Shown: positions 8,193 through 17,429, counted from the stretch's first letter. The stretch is 24,039 bases of DNA from an archaeon (GCA_030594585.1 JAUVEX010000001.1:1-24039), one strand, 5' to 3'. The notes: generated by a model not told the origin, from the sequence alone. Numbers and translations: made by a program.

Positions 8193-9107
8193 ATGAAAAA
8201 TTCAGTTAGTTTGTTTTTGATAGTATCTATATATCTTACAGTTGTTTTTGTTCTTGATTCTCCAAATGTACTGGCTGATGGGGATAATGATGATTTGGAT
8301 GCAAATGTGACAATTGGGACTGCAGCGCCTTCTGTAGGCGCAATATCCTGTGTTGGCGGGACAACTCTTACGCTGAATGCTGAGACAACAAAGCTTTTGA
8401 ACTGTTCTGCTACAATTACTGATTCGAATGGATATCAAGATATAATTTCCGTTCGCGGGACATTCCATAACTCTACATCAGAAAGTGATGGAGGGGATAC
8501 AAGGGATAACTACAAGAATGCTACTTGTGTATTTACAAATACAGGATCCGGCACTGACAGAAACATTGAATGCGCATTTACTGTGTGGTATCATGCAAAC
8601 CCTGCTGATTGGACCGTATATTTCAACGCAACAGATAATGGCGGGCTTACCGGAAATAACACAGCAACCATTACGGTAGACACACTTATTGCCCTGAATG
8701 TCACTGAAACGGCTATTGATTTTGAGACAGTTGCTCTTGGAGGCACTTCCAATGAAATCACCACCGCGATAAAAAATACAGGCAATGTTATTATTGACCT
8801 TAATATCAATGAAACGCTTTATGGTGGATATATGAACTGTACTGATGCGGATTCGGATGACATACAGACAGACGCGGCAGGGACAGGCATAAGGTATAAT
8901 ACAACGACAAGTTTTACCTTTTCCGACACTCCGTGGAATCTGACAGCAAGCAATCCTTTAGTGAATGTAAGCTGGGCTGAAGCGGATGAGTCAAGCACCC
9001 CAACGGCTCCAACGAATGACTTGTACTGGCTTTTGAAGCTGCCTTCTTCCGGCCTTAAAGGGGATTGCTCTACAGTGGTTAGGATATCTGCAGCGCAGGA
9101 TGTATAA
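8193..9107 (+). CDS. Secreted, heavily glycosylated two-domain beta-sandwich subunit-like protein (candidate major structural subunit)
   Basis: The start at MKNSV follows a GGGGAG RBS. Signal peptide, 12 N-x-S/T sequons, an 'IDFETVALGGTS...IKNTGNVIIDLNI' motif and a C-terminal YWLLKLP..G.C...V.ISA strand pair. No TM anchor. Confidence 0.8.
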   Translation: MKNSVSLFLIVSIYLTVVFVLDSPNVLADGDNDDLDANVTIGTAAPSVGAISCVGGTTLTLNAETTKLLNCSATITDSNGYQDIISVRGTFHNSTSESDGGDTRDNYKNATCVFTNTGSGTDRNIECAFTVWYHANPADWTVYFNATDNGGLTGNNTATITVDTLIALNVTETAIDFETVALGGTSNEITTAIKNTGNVIIDLNINETLYGGYMNCTDADSDDIQTDAAGTGIRYNTTTSFTFSDTPWNLTASNPLVNVSWAEADESSTPTAPTNDLYWLLKLPSSGLKGDCSTVVRISAAQDV

Positions 9108-9335
9108 TAGAGTTGCTTTTTATGTACTTTCAATAGTTGAAGCTCTGCGTTTCAATGCGTGGTTTTAGTCGGTTCCAAAGCAATTTACAATTTCGTTTTG
9201 AATATCTTGGAGTGAAAGCGAATTTGCGGCCAAATCAACGCGGATGGTTTTGGGCACTTAAAAGCTAATGCGTCAATACAATTTTGGATAGCGGCCAGAA
9301 TAATTTAATATAGCTGTACTTGTAAATATATTAGT

Positions 9336-10685
9336 ATGGGATATTTGCTTTTTTTAGATTCAATTAGGAGTAAACTGCTTTGTTTTTTCATGGTTTTCCT
9401 TTTGTTTTTTGTATTTTTTTCGGGCGTTGTTTCTGCCGGCAGTTTTGCAGCAGGCCCGGGTAAGATATATTATAACGATCTTCTTAAAAGCGGATATGCT
9501 GAGGCGGAAATATACTTAAATAACCCTGAAAGCATGCCTGTGGATGTTGAGATTTTCGCAAGCGGAGATATTTCCGACTGGATGTTTTTTTATCCACAGA
9601 CAATTCGTATGGGTGCACAGGAAACAGTTTCTTCAGTTGCTATTATAAAACCTCCCAAGCATGTAGCAAACGGGCAATATACCGGCGCGATAGAGATTAT
9701 TACAAGACCTGTCCGCAGTGCAAATACTACTGCGCAATATGGGTTGAGTATAGAAACTGCTATAACGCTTTGGGTTTTTGCAGAGGTTACCGACAATCAG
9801 ATTGTCGGTTATTCAGTTACAGATGTTTCTATAAGTTCGGTTGAGACGGGATACGATGTTCCATTGCTGCTTTCAGGCAAAAATACAGGCAATGTTGAGG
9901 TGGCTCCAAAAATCCATGCAGACATATATGATGCAAACATGAATCTGATTAAAGCTGTGAATATTTCCGGTACTAAGGTTATGCCAACTGCCAGAAACAC
10001 AGAGACATTTTATATTCCAACAGAAACCCTGCCTTTAGGACAGTATTGGGTAAATGTTTCTGTTTTAGTGTATGATAAGGTGGCACATACCAAACTATTT
10101 ACATTTGATATTATGGAGTTTGGCGCACTCAGGCTTACAGGTTTGTTAAAGCAGGTTGCAGCAAGTAATGTGTGGATAGAACCGGATGAGATAGTTACAG
10201 TATACGCTGTTTTTGAGAATACCGGACAGTTGCCGTTAAAAGCGAAATTCAAGGCAGAAGTATTTTTTGAAGACAAACTCATAGAAACTCTTGAAAGCGA
10301 TGAGAGAACTGTTGCGGTTGGCGAGACGGTTAATATGACAACTTATTACAATCCAAATATGCAAGGCAGGCATTTTGTAGAAGGATATGTCTATTATTCC
10401 GGGAAGACCACATACCGAAAAGGAACAGTCATTAATGTGTTTTCGGTTGACAAGAAAAGCGCGTTTTTTGAAGAACACACCTATTTTATATATACTACAA
10501 TCATTTTGTTACTGTTGTTCTTTTTGAAGCGGATTAGGGGTGTTTTTTCAAACCGTTTTGTTTCATATGAATCAGTAACCGGAAAGTACGAGGGCATTGA
10601 GAACACTATTGAGAGGCTCACAAGAAAAACCAAAAAACTAAAGCGAAAAATAGAGCACAAAAACAATTTGCGGAGGGGTGGCTGA
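9336..10685 (+). CDS. Membrane-anchored DUF916/DUF3324-like multi-Ig-domain surface protein
   Basis: Signal peptide ends VSA-GSFAAGP. Contains 'PPKHVANGQYTGAI', 'GKNTGNVEVAP' and 'FENTGQLPL'. C-terminal TM helix and a coiled-coil tail paralogous to that of ORF 807. TTTAATATA at 9304-9312 is a plausible TATA box. Confidence 0.75.
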   Translation: MGYLLFLDSIRSKLLCFFMVFLLFFVFFSGVVSAGSFAAGPGKIYYNDLLKSGYAEAEIYLNNPESMPVDVEIFASGDISDWMFFYPQTIRMGAQETVSSVAIIKPPKHVANGQYTGAIEIITRPVRSANTTAQYGLSIETAITLWVFAEVTDNQIVGYSVTDVSISSVETGYDVPLLLSGKNTGNVEVAPKIHADIYDANMNLIKAVNISGTKVMPTARNTETFYIPTETLPLGQYWVNVSVLVYDKVAHTKLFTFDIMEFGALRLTGLLKQVAASNVWIEPDEIVTVYAVFENTGQLPLKAKFKAEVFFEDKLIETLESDERTVAVGETVNMTTYYNPNMQGRHFVEGYVYYSGKTTYRKGTVINVFSVDKKSAFFEEHTYFIYTTIILLLLFFLKRIRGVFSNRFVSYESVTGKYEGIENTIERLTRKTKKLKRKIEHKNNLRRGG

Positions 10686-11326
10686 TGGGACTTTTTGGTT
10701 TTCGAAGTGACCGGGAGGAGCTAGAAAGGCTAAAAAAACGAGGGGACTACCTTGAGAGTAAGGTAAAGCTCTTAACAGAGCTTTTGTCAGACATAGATTC
10801 TGAAATAGATGTTTTGCAGTTTGACCACTCCCGACAAAAAATGCCGACGGATGTAAAGCAATCTGATACTGATTTAGAAACCTATGAACGAAAAGGGCAC
10901 CCACGCGAAAAAATTGTAATTGACATGCGCGGCGGGTCAGATGAAAAGAAACTACTGGGTTGTGGTTGGTGGCCGTCAGAAAACAATTTTAGGTGGACTG
11001 GGTGTGACAGCAAGTCGGCTGAAATAACATTCGATGTATCGCCAAAGGCAGCATACAAGCTTTATATGCGTTTTTTTGTCCCGCGTATGATTGCAAAAAA
11101 ACCAATCAGTGTTCTTGCTTGTGGCAAGAAGATTTTTGAATTTACACCAACAAAAGAATCAACTGTTGAAAAAACAATACAAATTCCTAAGAGCTTTACA
11201 GATAGCGGGATTCTTAAAATATCCTTTACTTCTTCATTTTGGTGCCCGGGTAAAATTGACAAGAGCCTGAAAGACGGGCGAATACTTTCTTTAGCATTCA
11301 AACATCTAGAACTTGAACGCATATAG
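10685..11326 (+). CDS. Cytoplasmic protein: N-terminal coiled coil plus C-terminal jelly-roll (carbohydrate-binding-like) domain
   Basis: TGATG overlap with the upstream gene. No signal peptide. The GWWPSENNFRWTG...DGRILSLAFKHL pattern resembles the beta-sandwich appended to many glycosyltransferases and sulfatases. Confidence 0.7.
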   Translation: MGLFGFRSDREELERLKKRGDYLESKVKLLTELLSDIDSEIDVLQFDHSRQKMPTDVKQSDTDLETYERKGHPREKIVIDMRGGSDEKKLLGCGWWPSENNFRWTGCDSKSAEITFDVSPKAAYKLYMRFFVPRMIAKKPISVLACGKKIFEFTPTKESTVEKTIQIPKSFTDSGILKISFTSSFWCPGKIDKSLKDGRILSLAFKHLELERI

Positions 11327-11371
11327 AACGCAAAGCTGGCTTTTAAAACAATCAACGCCCATTTAAGACTT

Positions 11372-11758
11372 ATGAAGTTCGAGGCAGCATCAGACATACA
11401 AGAAAAAGTAACCCATGTACTAGATACTCTTTCCGGAAGCTCATTTCTTCACATACGGATATCAAATTTAATATGCATGAGGTCATATGATTCAAAGGCA
11501 AGGGCCTATGCAAGAATATGGTCGCTGCCGCGAATTTGGCAGGCAGGCCTTGGTGTTGAGCCGCATTATATTATAGAAGTATTATCCCAATTTTTTGACA
11601 AGCAGTCAGATGAAGACCAGATAAGAACGCTGATACATGAGCTTATGCACATACCTAAAACTTTTTCAGGGGCTCTTGTCCCTCATAAATGTTTCAACAA
11701 AAAAATTGACAAAAAAACAGTAGAGCGGATTTTTGAGGAATATAAGAGAAATATATAA
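11372..11758 (+). CDS. Predicted metallopeptidase (COG4900-like, HExxH)
   Basis: RAYARIWSLPRIWQ...YIIEV...TLIHELMHIP is characteristic of this archaeal family. TTTTAAAA TATA box at 11341-11348. Confidence 0.85.
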   Translation: MKFEAASDIQEKVTHVLDTLSGSSFLHIRISNLICMRSYDSKARAYARIWSLPRIWQAGLGVEPHYIIEVLSQFFDKQSDEDQIRTLIHELMHIPKTFSGALVPHKCFNKKIDKKTVERIFEEYKRNI

Positions 11759-11794
11759 ACAACTGCTGACTAATAATTTATCGGGTGCGTATAT

Positions 11795-12448
11795 ATGAAA
11801 ATAATTGTTGTTGGCGGCGGAAATGTAGGAAAGAACCTGTCTTTTGTCCTTTCAAAAGAAAAAAATAAAGTAGTTCTTGTAGAAAAAGATGAAGACCTTG
11901 CAAAGGCGCTTGCGTTAAATACGGATGCTCTTGTGATTAAGGGCGATGCAACAGACATCGCAATTCTAGAGGATGCAGACATTGGAAAAACAGAGGCCCT
12001 TGTTGCAGCAACTCAGGATGATAAGACAAACCTTATGATTTGCGAAATTGCAAAAAGCAGGAATGTAACAAAAATTGTTGCGCGGGTAAATACTCCCGGC
12101 AATGAAGAGCTTTTTGTAAAGCTTGGAATTTCTTTGATTGTGCCTATAACAGAGCTTGCAGTAACTTCAATAAAAAACGCACTTGTGTCAACAGGCGAGC
12201 GGATTTTGGCGGAAATCTCTGACGGTAAGGCGCAGGCAATAGAGGTGGTTGTAACTGAGAAAAGCACACTTGTAGGCGCATATGCAAGAAAAGTCAAAGG
12301 CGGTGTTATCGGTGCTGTTTACAGGAACGGGGCTGTCATTGTCTGTGATATGAATACAAAAATAGAGGCGGGCGATGTTTTAACAATAATTGCAAAAACA
12401 GAAGATATTCCCCGAATAATAAAAGCAGCCAAAGGGGAGAATTCTTGA
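11795..12448 (+). CDS. trkA: Trk potassium uptake system NAD-binding RCK subunit
   Basis: IIVVGGGNVG Rossmann motif, GDATD...LEDADI, a TrkA_C domain (IEAGDVL), and adjacency to trkH. Confidence 0.93.
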   Translation: MKIIVVGGGNVGKNLSFVLSKEKNKVVLVEKDEDLAKALALNTDALVIKGDATDIAILEDADIGKTEALVAATQDDKTNLMICEIAKSRNVTKIVARVNTPGNEELFVKLGISLIVPITELAVTSIKNALVSTGERILAEISDGKAQAIEVVVTEKSTLVGAYARKVKGGVIGAVYRNGAVIVCDMNTKIEAGDVLTIIAKTEDIPRIIKAAKGENS

Positions 12449-13824
12449 GAAATATTTTGGCATATTTAGGGCTTTTGCTTGAAGTATTTGCATTTTTTTT
12501 GATTCTGCCTACAATTGCTGCCTTGTATTTGAATGAGCCTGCGGAACCTTTTTTAATCGCGGCACTCATTTCCCTTATTTTAGGGCTTTATTTTGAAAAG
12601 ACAAATAAACAGGAAGAGCTTCGTATAAATGAGGCATTGACACTTACAGCATTATCGTTTCTTTTTGTATCAATTATTGGCGCGATTCCATACATTTATC
12701 ATTTTGCTGAGTTTAGCAGCCGAGCACTTGTTGATTCTTTTTTCGAGTCCGTGTCAGGTTTTACAACAACAGGCCTTACTGTTTTTTCAAGTGTTGATAC
12801 TTTGCCAAAAAGCCTTCTTTTTTGGCGTGCAGAGACCCAATGGATTGGAGGCATTGGAATTATAATTGTGTTTCTTGCGATATTGTCTGAACTTAAGACA
12901 TCTGCTTTGCCTCTTTATCGAGCACAAGGATACACAGAACATATAGGAATAACAATAAAAGACACTGCACGAAAGATGGCAAAAATTTATAGCTTCTATA
13001 CACTTATCGGAATTTTGCTTCTTTATGTTGCGGGGCTTTCTTTTTTCGAGTCAATATCCATTGCGTTTTCGTCAATTTCCACAGGCGGGTTTTCAGTTAC
13101 GGGCGCGTTTTACACAAATCCGATTGTTCTTGGGATACTTTCGGTTCTTATGATTTTAGGGGCGACCTCGTTTTTTGTGCATGATCGGATGTTTCGCGGA
13201 GATATCAAATATTTTTTCAAAAATGCCGAAATTCGCGCACTTATGGCAATAGTATTTGGATTTTTTGCTCTCCTATACTTTGCGTTCCCCAATATCTCAA
13301 ATATCTTTTTTGAAGTTGTGTCTGCGGCAACAACAACAGGCTATGCAACTCAAAATCTGGCTTTGCTTCCTTTAGGGTTTATTGGAACAATAGTTATTCT
13401 TATGATTTTTGGCGGGGCATCTGCTTCCACGGCGGGAGGTATAAAAATCTCAAGAGTTTTGATTGCTTTTAAATCAATACCCTGGTTCGTTAAAAAAATG
13501 ACAGCGCCCAAAAGTGCTATTGTTCCTTTGAAAGTTGGTGGTGAATCTATTGATGAAGATGTCCTGACAACAACTGTTGTGTTTATAATGACTTATATTC
13601 TTGCTTTAGTGATTGCGAGTTCTGCTTTTATGTACTTCGGTTTTGGAATTACGGATTCTTTTTTTCAGGTAGTATCGGCTCTTGGAACTGTGGGCTTATC
13701 AACAATTGAAATATCAACAATTCCTGTAATCGGGAAAGCAATTCTTATTGCATGCATGTTCTTGGGGCGGCTTGAGATATTTCCTGTATTGATACTTTTG
13801 AAAAACATTGCAAGAAGGGAGTGA
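12445..13824 (+). CDS. trkH: Trk potassium uptake membrane subunit
   Basis: TTG start overlapping the trkA stop. Pore motifs FESVSGFTTTG, STGGF, SAATTTG and SALGTVG; also QWIGGIG, STAGGIK and MFLGRLEI. Confidence 0.95.
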   Translation: MRNILAYLGLLLEVFAFFLILPTIAALYLNEPAEPFLIAALISLILGLYFEKTNKQEELRINEALTLTALSFLFVSIIGAIPYIYHFAEFSSRALVDSFFESVSGFTTTGLTVFSSVDTLPKSLLFWRAETQWIGGIGIIIVFLAILSELKTSALPLYRAQGYTEHIGITIKDTARKMAKIYSFYTLIGILLLYVAGLSFFESISIAFSSISTGGFSVTGAFYTNPIVLGILSVLMILGATSFFVHDRMFRGDIKYFFKNAEIRALMAIVFGFFALLYFAFPNISNIFFEVVSAATTTGYATQNLALLPLGFIGTIVILMIFGGASASTAGGIKISRVLIAFKSIPWFVKKMTAPKSAIVPLKVGGESIDEDVLTTTVVFIMTYILALVIASSAFMYFGFGITDSFFQVVSALGTVGLSTIEISTIPVIGKAILIACMFLGRLEIFPVLILLKNIARRE

Positions 13825-13828
13825 TTTT

Positions 13829-15331
13829 ATGATAAAGCTTAAAGCCACATTTATGGATTTTGAAATCGGGTTGCCGATTGTTATGATGAATGCTGAAGAT
13901 GCAAGGGATTTAGGCGTTTTTCCGGGAGACCGGGTTTGTATCAGACATGGCAAGAAAACAGAAAAAACAGCATTTGTTGAACTCACAAAACATATTGTAA
14001 AAGAAGGATATTTGGGTATTCGAAAAGAGGCAAAAGAAAAATACGGGGTTCAAAAAGGCCAGGAACTTTCTGTAAGTGCAGTATTGAAGCCTGCATCTGT
14101 TGAATATATAAAGAAGAAACTTGACGGGTATGAGCTTAAAGCAATAGAGCTTGAAGAAATAATAAGGGATATTGCCACAAACAGGCTTACAGATATTGAG
14201 CTTGGATCTTTTGTTTCTGCAGTATACACGCGGGGGTTTACAGACCGGGAAGTGATTGCAACAACCAGGGCAATGGTAAATGAAGGGGAACATATTAAAT
14301 GGAACAAAAAATTCATTGTTGATAAGCACAGCATCGGAGGTGTTCCGGGAAACAGGGTAACACCCATTGTTGTTTCAATTATAGCCGCCGCAGGGCTTAC
14401 AATACCGAAAACATCATCAAGAGCAATAACAAGCCCTGCAGGAACTTCAGATACAATGGAAGTTTTCTGTAATGTGTCATTTTCAACAGATGAGATAAAA
14501 CACATAGTTGGCGAAACAAACGGCTGCCTTGTTTGGGGCGGCGCACTTGAGTTGGCGCCTGCAGACGACAAGCTCATCCGTGCAGAGTATCCGTTATCTT
14601 TGGATCCTGAAGGGCAGGTTTTGGCATCTGTTATGTCGAAGAAAAAATCTGTTGGCTCAAACTGCGTTGTGATTGACCTGCCGTTTGGCGACGGCGCTAA
14701 AGTCAAGAGCTTTGATGCTGCAAAAAGGCTTGCAATGAAATTCAAGAAACTTGGCGAGGCATTAGGTATGAAAATAGAGTGCACAATCACCAAGGGCGAC
14801 CAGCCAATTGGTAATGGTGTGGGTCCTGTCCTTGAGGCGATAGATATAATGGACACACTTTTGGGCAAAGGGCCGCAGGACCTTTCTGAAAAATCAGTTG
14901 AACTTGCAGGAGTTCTTCTTCAAATGACAAATAAAGGGGATGAAGAGACTGCACGAAAGATTCTTGAGTCCGGAGCCGCACTTGACAAATTCAAACAGAT
15001 TGTTCGCGCACAAGGGGGAACCACAAACAAGGATTTTTCCAAAATGCTTGCCAAAAAAAAGATATCCTATTATGCAAAGAAAACAGGTACAATACTTAAA
15101 GTGGACAATATGGTGGTTGCTAATCTTGCAAAAAGGGCAGGGGCTCCGAAAGATGTTGGGGCCGGAGTGTATCTGTACTTCAAAAGATGGCAGCAGGTAA
15201 AAAAAGGTGATAAGCTTTTAGATATTTATACGAGCCAAGACTATAAGATGGAATACATAAAAAAACTCCTTTCAGAAAAAGATGCTTTTGTGATAGGCTC
15301 TGATAAAGACATGACAGTTGAGGTTGTCTGA
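13829..15331 (+). CDS. deoA: AMP phosphorylase (thymidine phosphorylase family; pentose bisphosphate pathway)
   Basis: GGAGTGAT RBS. The N-terminal double-psi barrel extension (MNAEDARDLGVFPGDRV) is typical of AMP phosphorylase. DKHSIGGVPGN, KTSSRAITSPAGTSD, LAPADD and QPIGNGVGP motifs. Confidence 0.93.
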   Translation: MIKLKATFMDFEIGLPIVMMNAEDARDLGVFPGDRVCIRHGKKTEKTAFVELTKHIVKEGYLGIRKEAKEKYGVQKGQELSVSAVLKPASVEYIKKKLDGYELKAIELEEIIRDIATNRLTDIELGSFVSAVYTRGFTDREVIATTRAMVNEGEHIKWNKKFIVDKHSIGGVPGNRVTPIVVSIIAAAGLTIPKTSSRAITSPAGTSDTMEVFCNVSFSTDEIKHIVGETNGCLVWGGALELAPADDKLIRAEYPLSLDPEGQVLASVMSKKKSVGSNCVVIDLPFGDGAKVKSFDAAKRLAMKFKKLGEALGMKIECTITKGDQPIGNGVGPVLEAIDIMDTLLGKGPQDLSEKSVELAGVLLQMTNKGDEETARKILESGAALDKFKQIVRAQGGTTNKDFSKMLAKKKISYYAKKTGTILKVDNMVVANLAKRAGAPKDVGAGVYLYFKRWQQVKKGDKLLDIYTSQDYKMEYIKKLLSEKDAFVIGSDKDMTVEVV

Positions 15332-16833
15332 TGGATAAAAAAACAATACTTATTGTGCTTGACGGATGGGGTATCGGAAAAGAAAAAAAAGGAAATGCAA
15401 TTGCCTATGCAGATACTGCTAATTTCAATGATTTTTTAAGATACCCGAACACACAGCTTGCGGCAAGCGGCCATTCAGTAGGGCTTCCGGTGCGGCAAAT
15501 CGGCGGGTCTGAAGTAGGACATCTTCACATAGGCGCCGGGCGGGTTGTTGAGCAGGAGATTCTTTCAATCAACAAGAGCATTGATACCGGGTGTTTTTTT
15601 AAGAAAGGCCCGCTTTTAGAAACAATGAACTATGTTTTGAAGAACAACTCAAATCTTCACTTAATGGGGCTTTTGTCCAACGGCGGTGTTCACAGTCATA
15701 TAAATCATCTTTTTTCACTGCTTGAGCTTGCAAAAAAGAAAGGAGTTTCGAATGTTTTTATTCATGCATTTCTTGATGGTAGGGATGTTGCCCCTAAATC
15801 AGCTGAAAAATATCTTAAACTCCTTAAGCGAAAAACAGGTTCTTTAGGCATTGGGAAAGTTGCAACAATTTCCGGGAGATACTATGCAATGGATAGGGAC
15901 AATCGCTGGGAGAGGGAAGAAAAGATATACGACGCAATGGTTTTTGGAAACGGCCGCAACGCAGATGATGAGTTTTCAGCACTTGATAGCGCATATAAAA
16001 GGGGCGAGACTGATGAGTTTGTAATGCCTACAATAATTGAGGGCGCGCCGAAAATAAAAGACAAGGATGCAGTACTATTTTTTAATTTCAGGTCTGATAG
16101 GTCAAGAGAGACAACAAGGGCATTTGTGGCGCCTAATTTTAAGAAATTTTCCCGCGCAAAAAAGCTTGATATAAAATTTACGGCAATGACTGAATATGAC
16201 CGTGATTTTGATATTGGTGTTGTTTTTAAGCCGCAGATACCTAAACGGATTTTTCCTGAAATTTTAGCTTTGCATGATTTAAAACAACTTCGTATTGCAG
16301 AAACTGAAAAATACGCGCATGTGACTTATTTTTTTAATGCAGGAAGAGACGGGCCGTTTGAGCATGAAGACAGAATATTGATTCCATCCCCCAAAGTTGC
16401 AACTTATGACTTAAAGCCTAAAATGAGTGCGGATAAAATTGCAAAAGATGCAGTTTTACAGATGAAAAACCGAAAGCATGATTTCATTCTCCTTAATTTT
16501 GCAAACGCGGATATGGTGGGCCACACCGGAAAATTCAACGCTGCTGTAGATGCTGTATCGTTTGTTGATAAGTGTTTAGGAAAAGTTGTTGATTCTGCTT
16601 TAAGGAATGATTTTGTTCCGGTAATTACAGCAGACCACGGGAATGCTGAAACCATGTTTCAGAAAGACGGAACCCCACACACAGCACACACACTGAACAA
16701 AGTGCCTTTTATAATTGTTTCTGAGGAGAATATAAAATTAAAGAAAGCAGGCGCGCTTGGGAATACTGCGCCAACGCTTTTAAGAATAATGGGTCTGCCC
16801 AAACCAAAAGAGATGGGACCCGGACTGTTTTAG
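15331..16833 (+). CDS. gpmI: 2,3-bisphosphoglycerate-independent phosphoglycerate mutase (bacterial GpmI type)
   Basis: LDGWG, GSEVGH (phospho-Ser), GGVHSH, GRYYAMDRDNRWER, AETEKYAHVTYFFN, DMVGHTG, TADHGN and TAHT motifs. TGATG overlap with the AMP phosphorylase gene. Confidence 0.96.
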   Translation: MDKKTILIVLDGWGIGKEKKGNAIAYADTANFNDFLRYPNTQLAASGHSVGLPVRQIGGSEVGHLHIGAGRVVEQEILSINKSIDTGCFFKKGPLLETMNYVLKNNSNLHLMGLLSNGGVHSHINHLFSLLELAKKKGVSNVFIHAFLDGRDVAPKSAEKYLKLLKRKTGSLGIGKVATISGRYYAMDRDNRWEREEKIYDAMVFGNGRNADDEFSALDSAYKRGETDEFVMPTIIEGAPKIKDKDAVLFFNFRSDRSRETTRAFVAPNFKKFSRAKKLDIKFTAMTEYDRDFDIGVVFKPQIPKRIFPEILALHDLKQLRIAETEKYAHVTYFFNAGRDGPFEHEDRILIPSPKVATYDLKPKMSADKIAKDAVLQMKNRKHDFILLNFANADMVGHTGKFNAAVDAVSFVDKCLGKVVDSALRNDFVPVITADHGNAETMFQKDGTPHTAHTLNKVPFIIVSEENIKLKKAGALGNTAPTLLRIMGLPKPKEMGPGLF

Positions 16834-16863
16834 ATTAAAAAAGCCCAACTGTGTATCTCAACA

Positions 16864-17118
16864 TTACTCTTCTTCTGATGGGTTGCATGTAACTGTTGTT
16901 GGATCACATGATTCGCATTCAACAGTTTCGCCCGAATCTACACCAACACATTTACTTGATTTACAAATACCGCATGCTGCTGTGTTTGTATTTTCAGTAG
17001 ATATCTCCCCTACATCACCGACACTTGATGCTGTTAGCGTAATTAATGCAAGGGCAACGACAATCAATACAATAATTGTTATTACCAAAGTCATGGCCGC
17101 ACTCATACCTTTTTTCAT
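16864..17118 (-). CDS. Small type IV pilin-like protein, Cys-rich C-terminus
   Basis: Class III signal peptide MKKG|MSAAM, a 20-aa hydrophobic helix, 6 Cys and an AGGTGAT RBS. Confidence 0.8.
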   Translation of the reverse strand: MKKGMSAAMTLVITIIVLIVVALALITLTASSVGDVGEISTENTNTAACGICKSSKCVGVDSGETVECESCDPTTVTCNPSEEE

Positions 17119-17142
17119 AAATTATCACCTTTAATCATAGTT

Positions 17143-17379
17143 TTATATTGAAATCATTTTTTTTGCTGTATCTTTTGAACTGGTGGTTTCTAAAGCGCTT
17201 GTGTCTATAGTACCAACAATATCGTCTATTTTGCCATATGCTATATCTGTTGTGCCTTCGGTGCTTTCATCGACATTTCTGATTTGTTTTTCAGTCATGT
17301 TTATGAGTAAAAGCGCAACAATAACTAAAATAATAATTGTTATAACTATAGTCATTGCAGCTTCCATACCTTTTTTCAT
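17143..17379 (-). CDS. Small type IV pilin-like protein
   Basis: MKKG|MEAAMTIVITIIILVIVALLLI, paralogous to the N-terminus of 16864-17118. Confidence 0.8.
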   Translation of the reverse strand: MKKGMEAAMTIVITIIILVIVALLLINMTEKQIRNVDESTEGTTDIAYGKIDDIVGTIDTSALETTSSKDTAKKMISI

Positions 17380-17429
17380 AACATGGCCCTATACGCTTTT
17401 TTTTCTCTTGAATAGTCTTTTAGGCATTT

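Noticed and set aside
9108-9335. 228-bp intergenic gap as a possible ncRNA or small gene
   Set aside because: No start-codon ORF of plausible length, no tRNA or known RNA motif, and only a 5-bp hairpin (TTCAA-TAG-TTGAA). Rfam or RNA-seq would be needed to support it.
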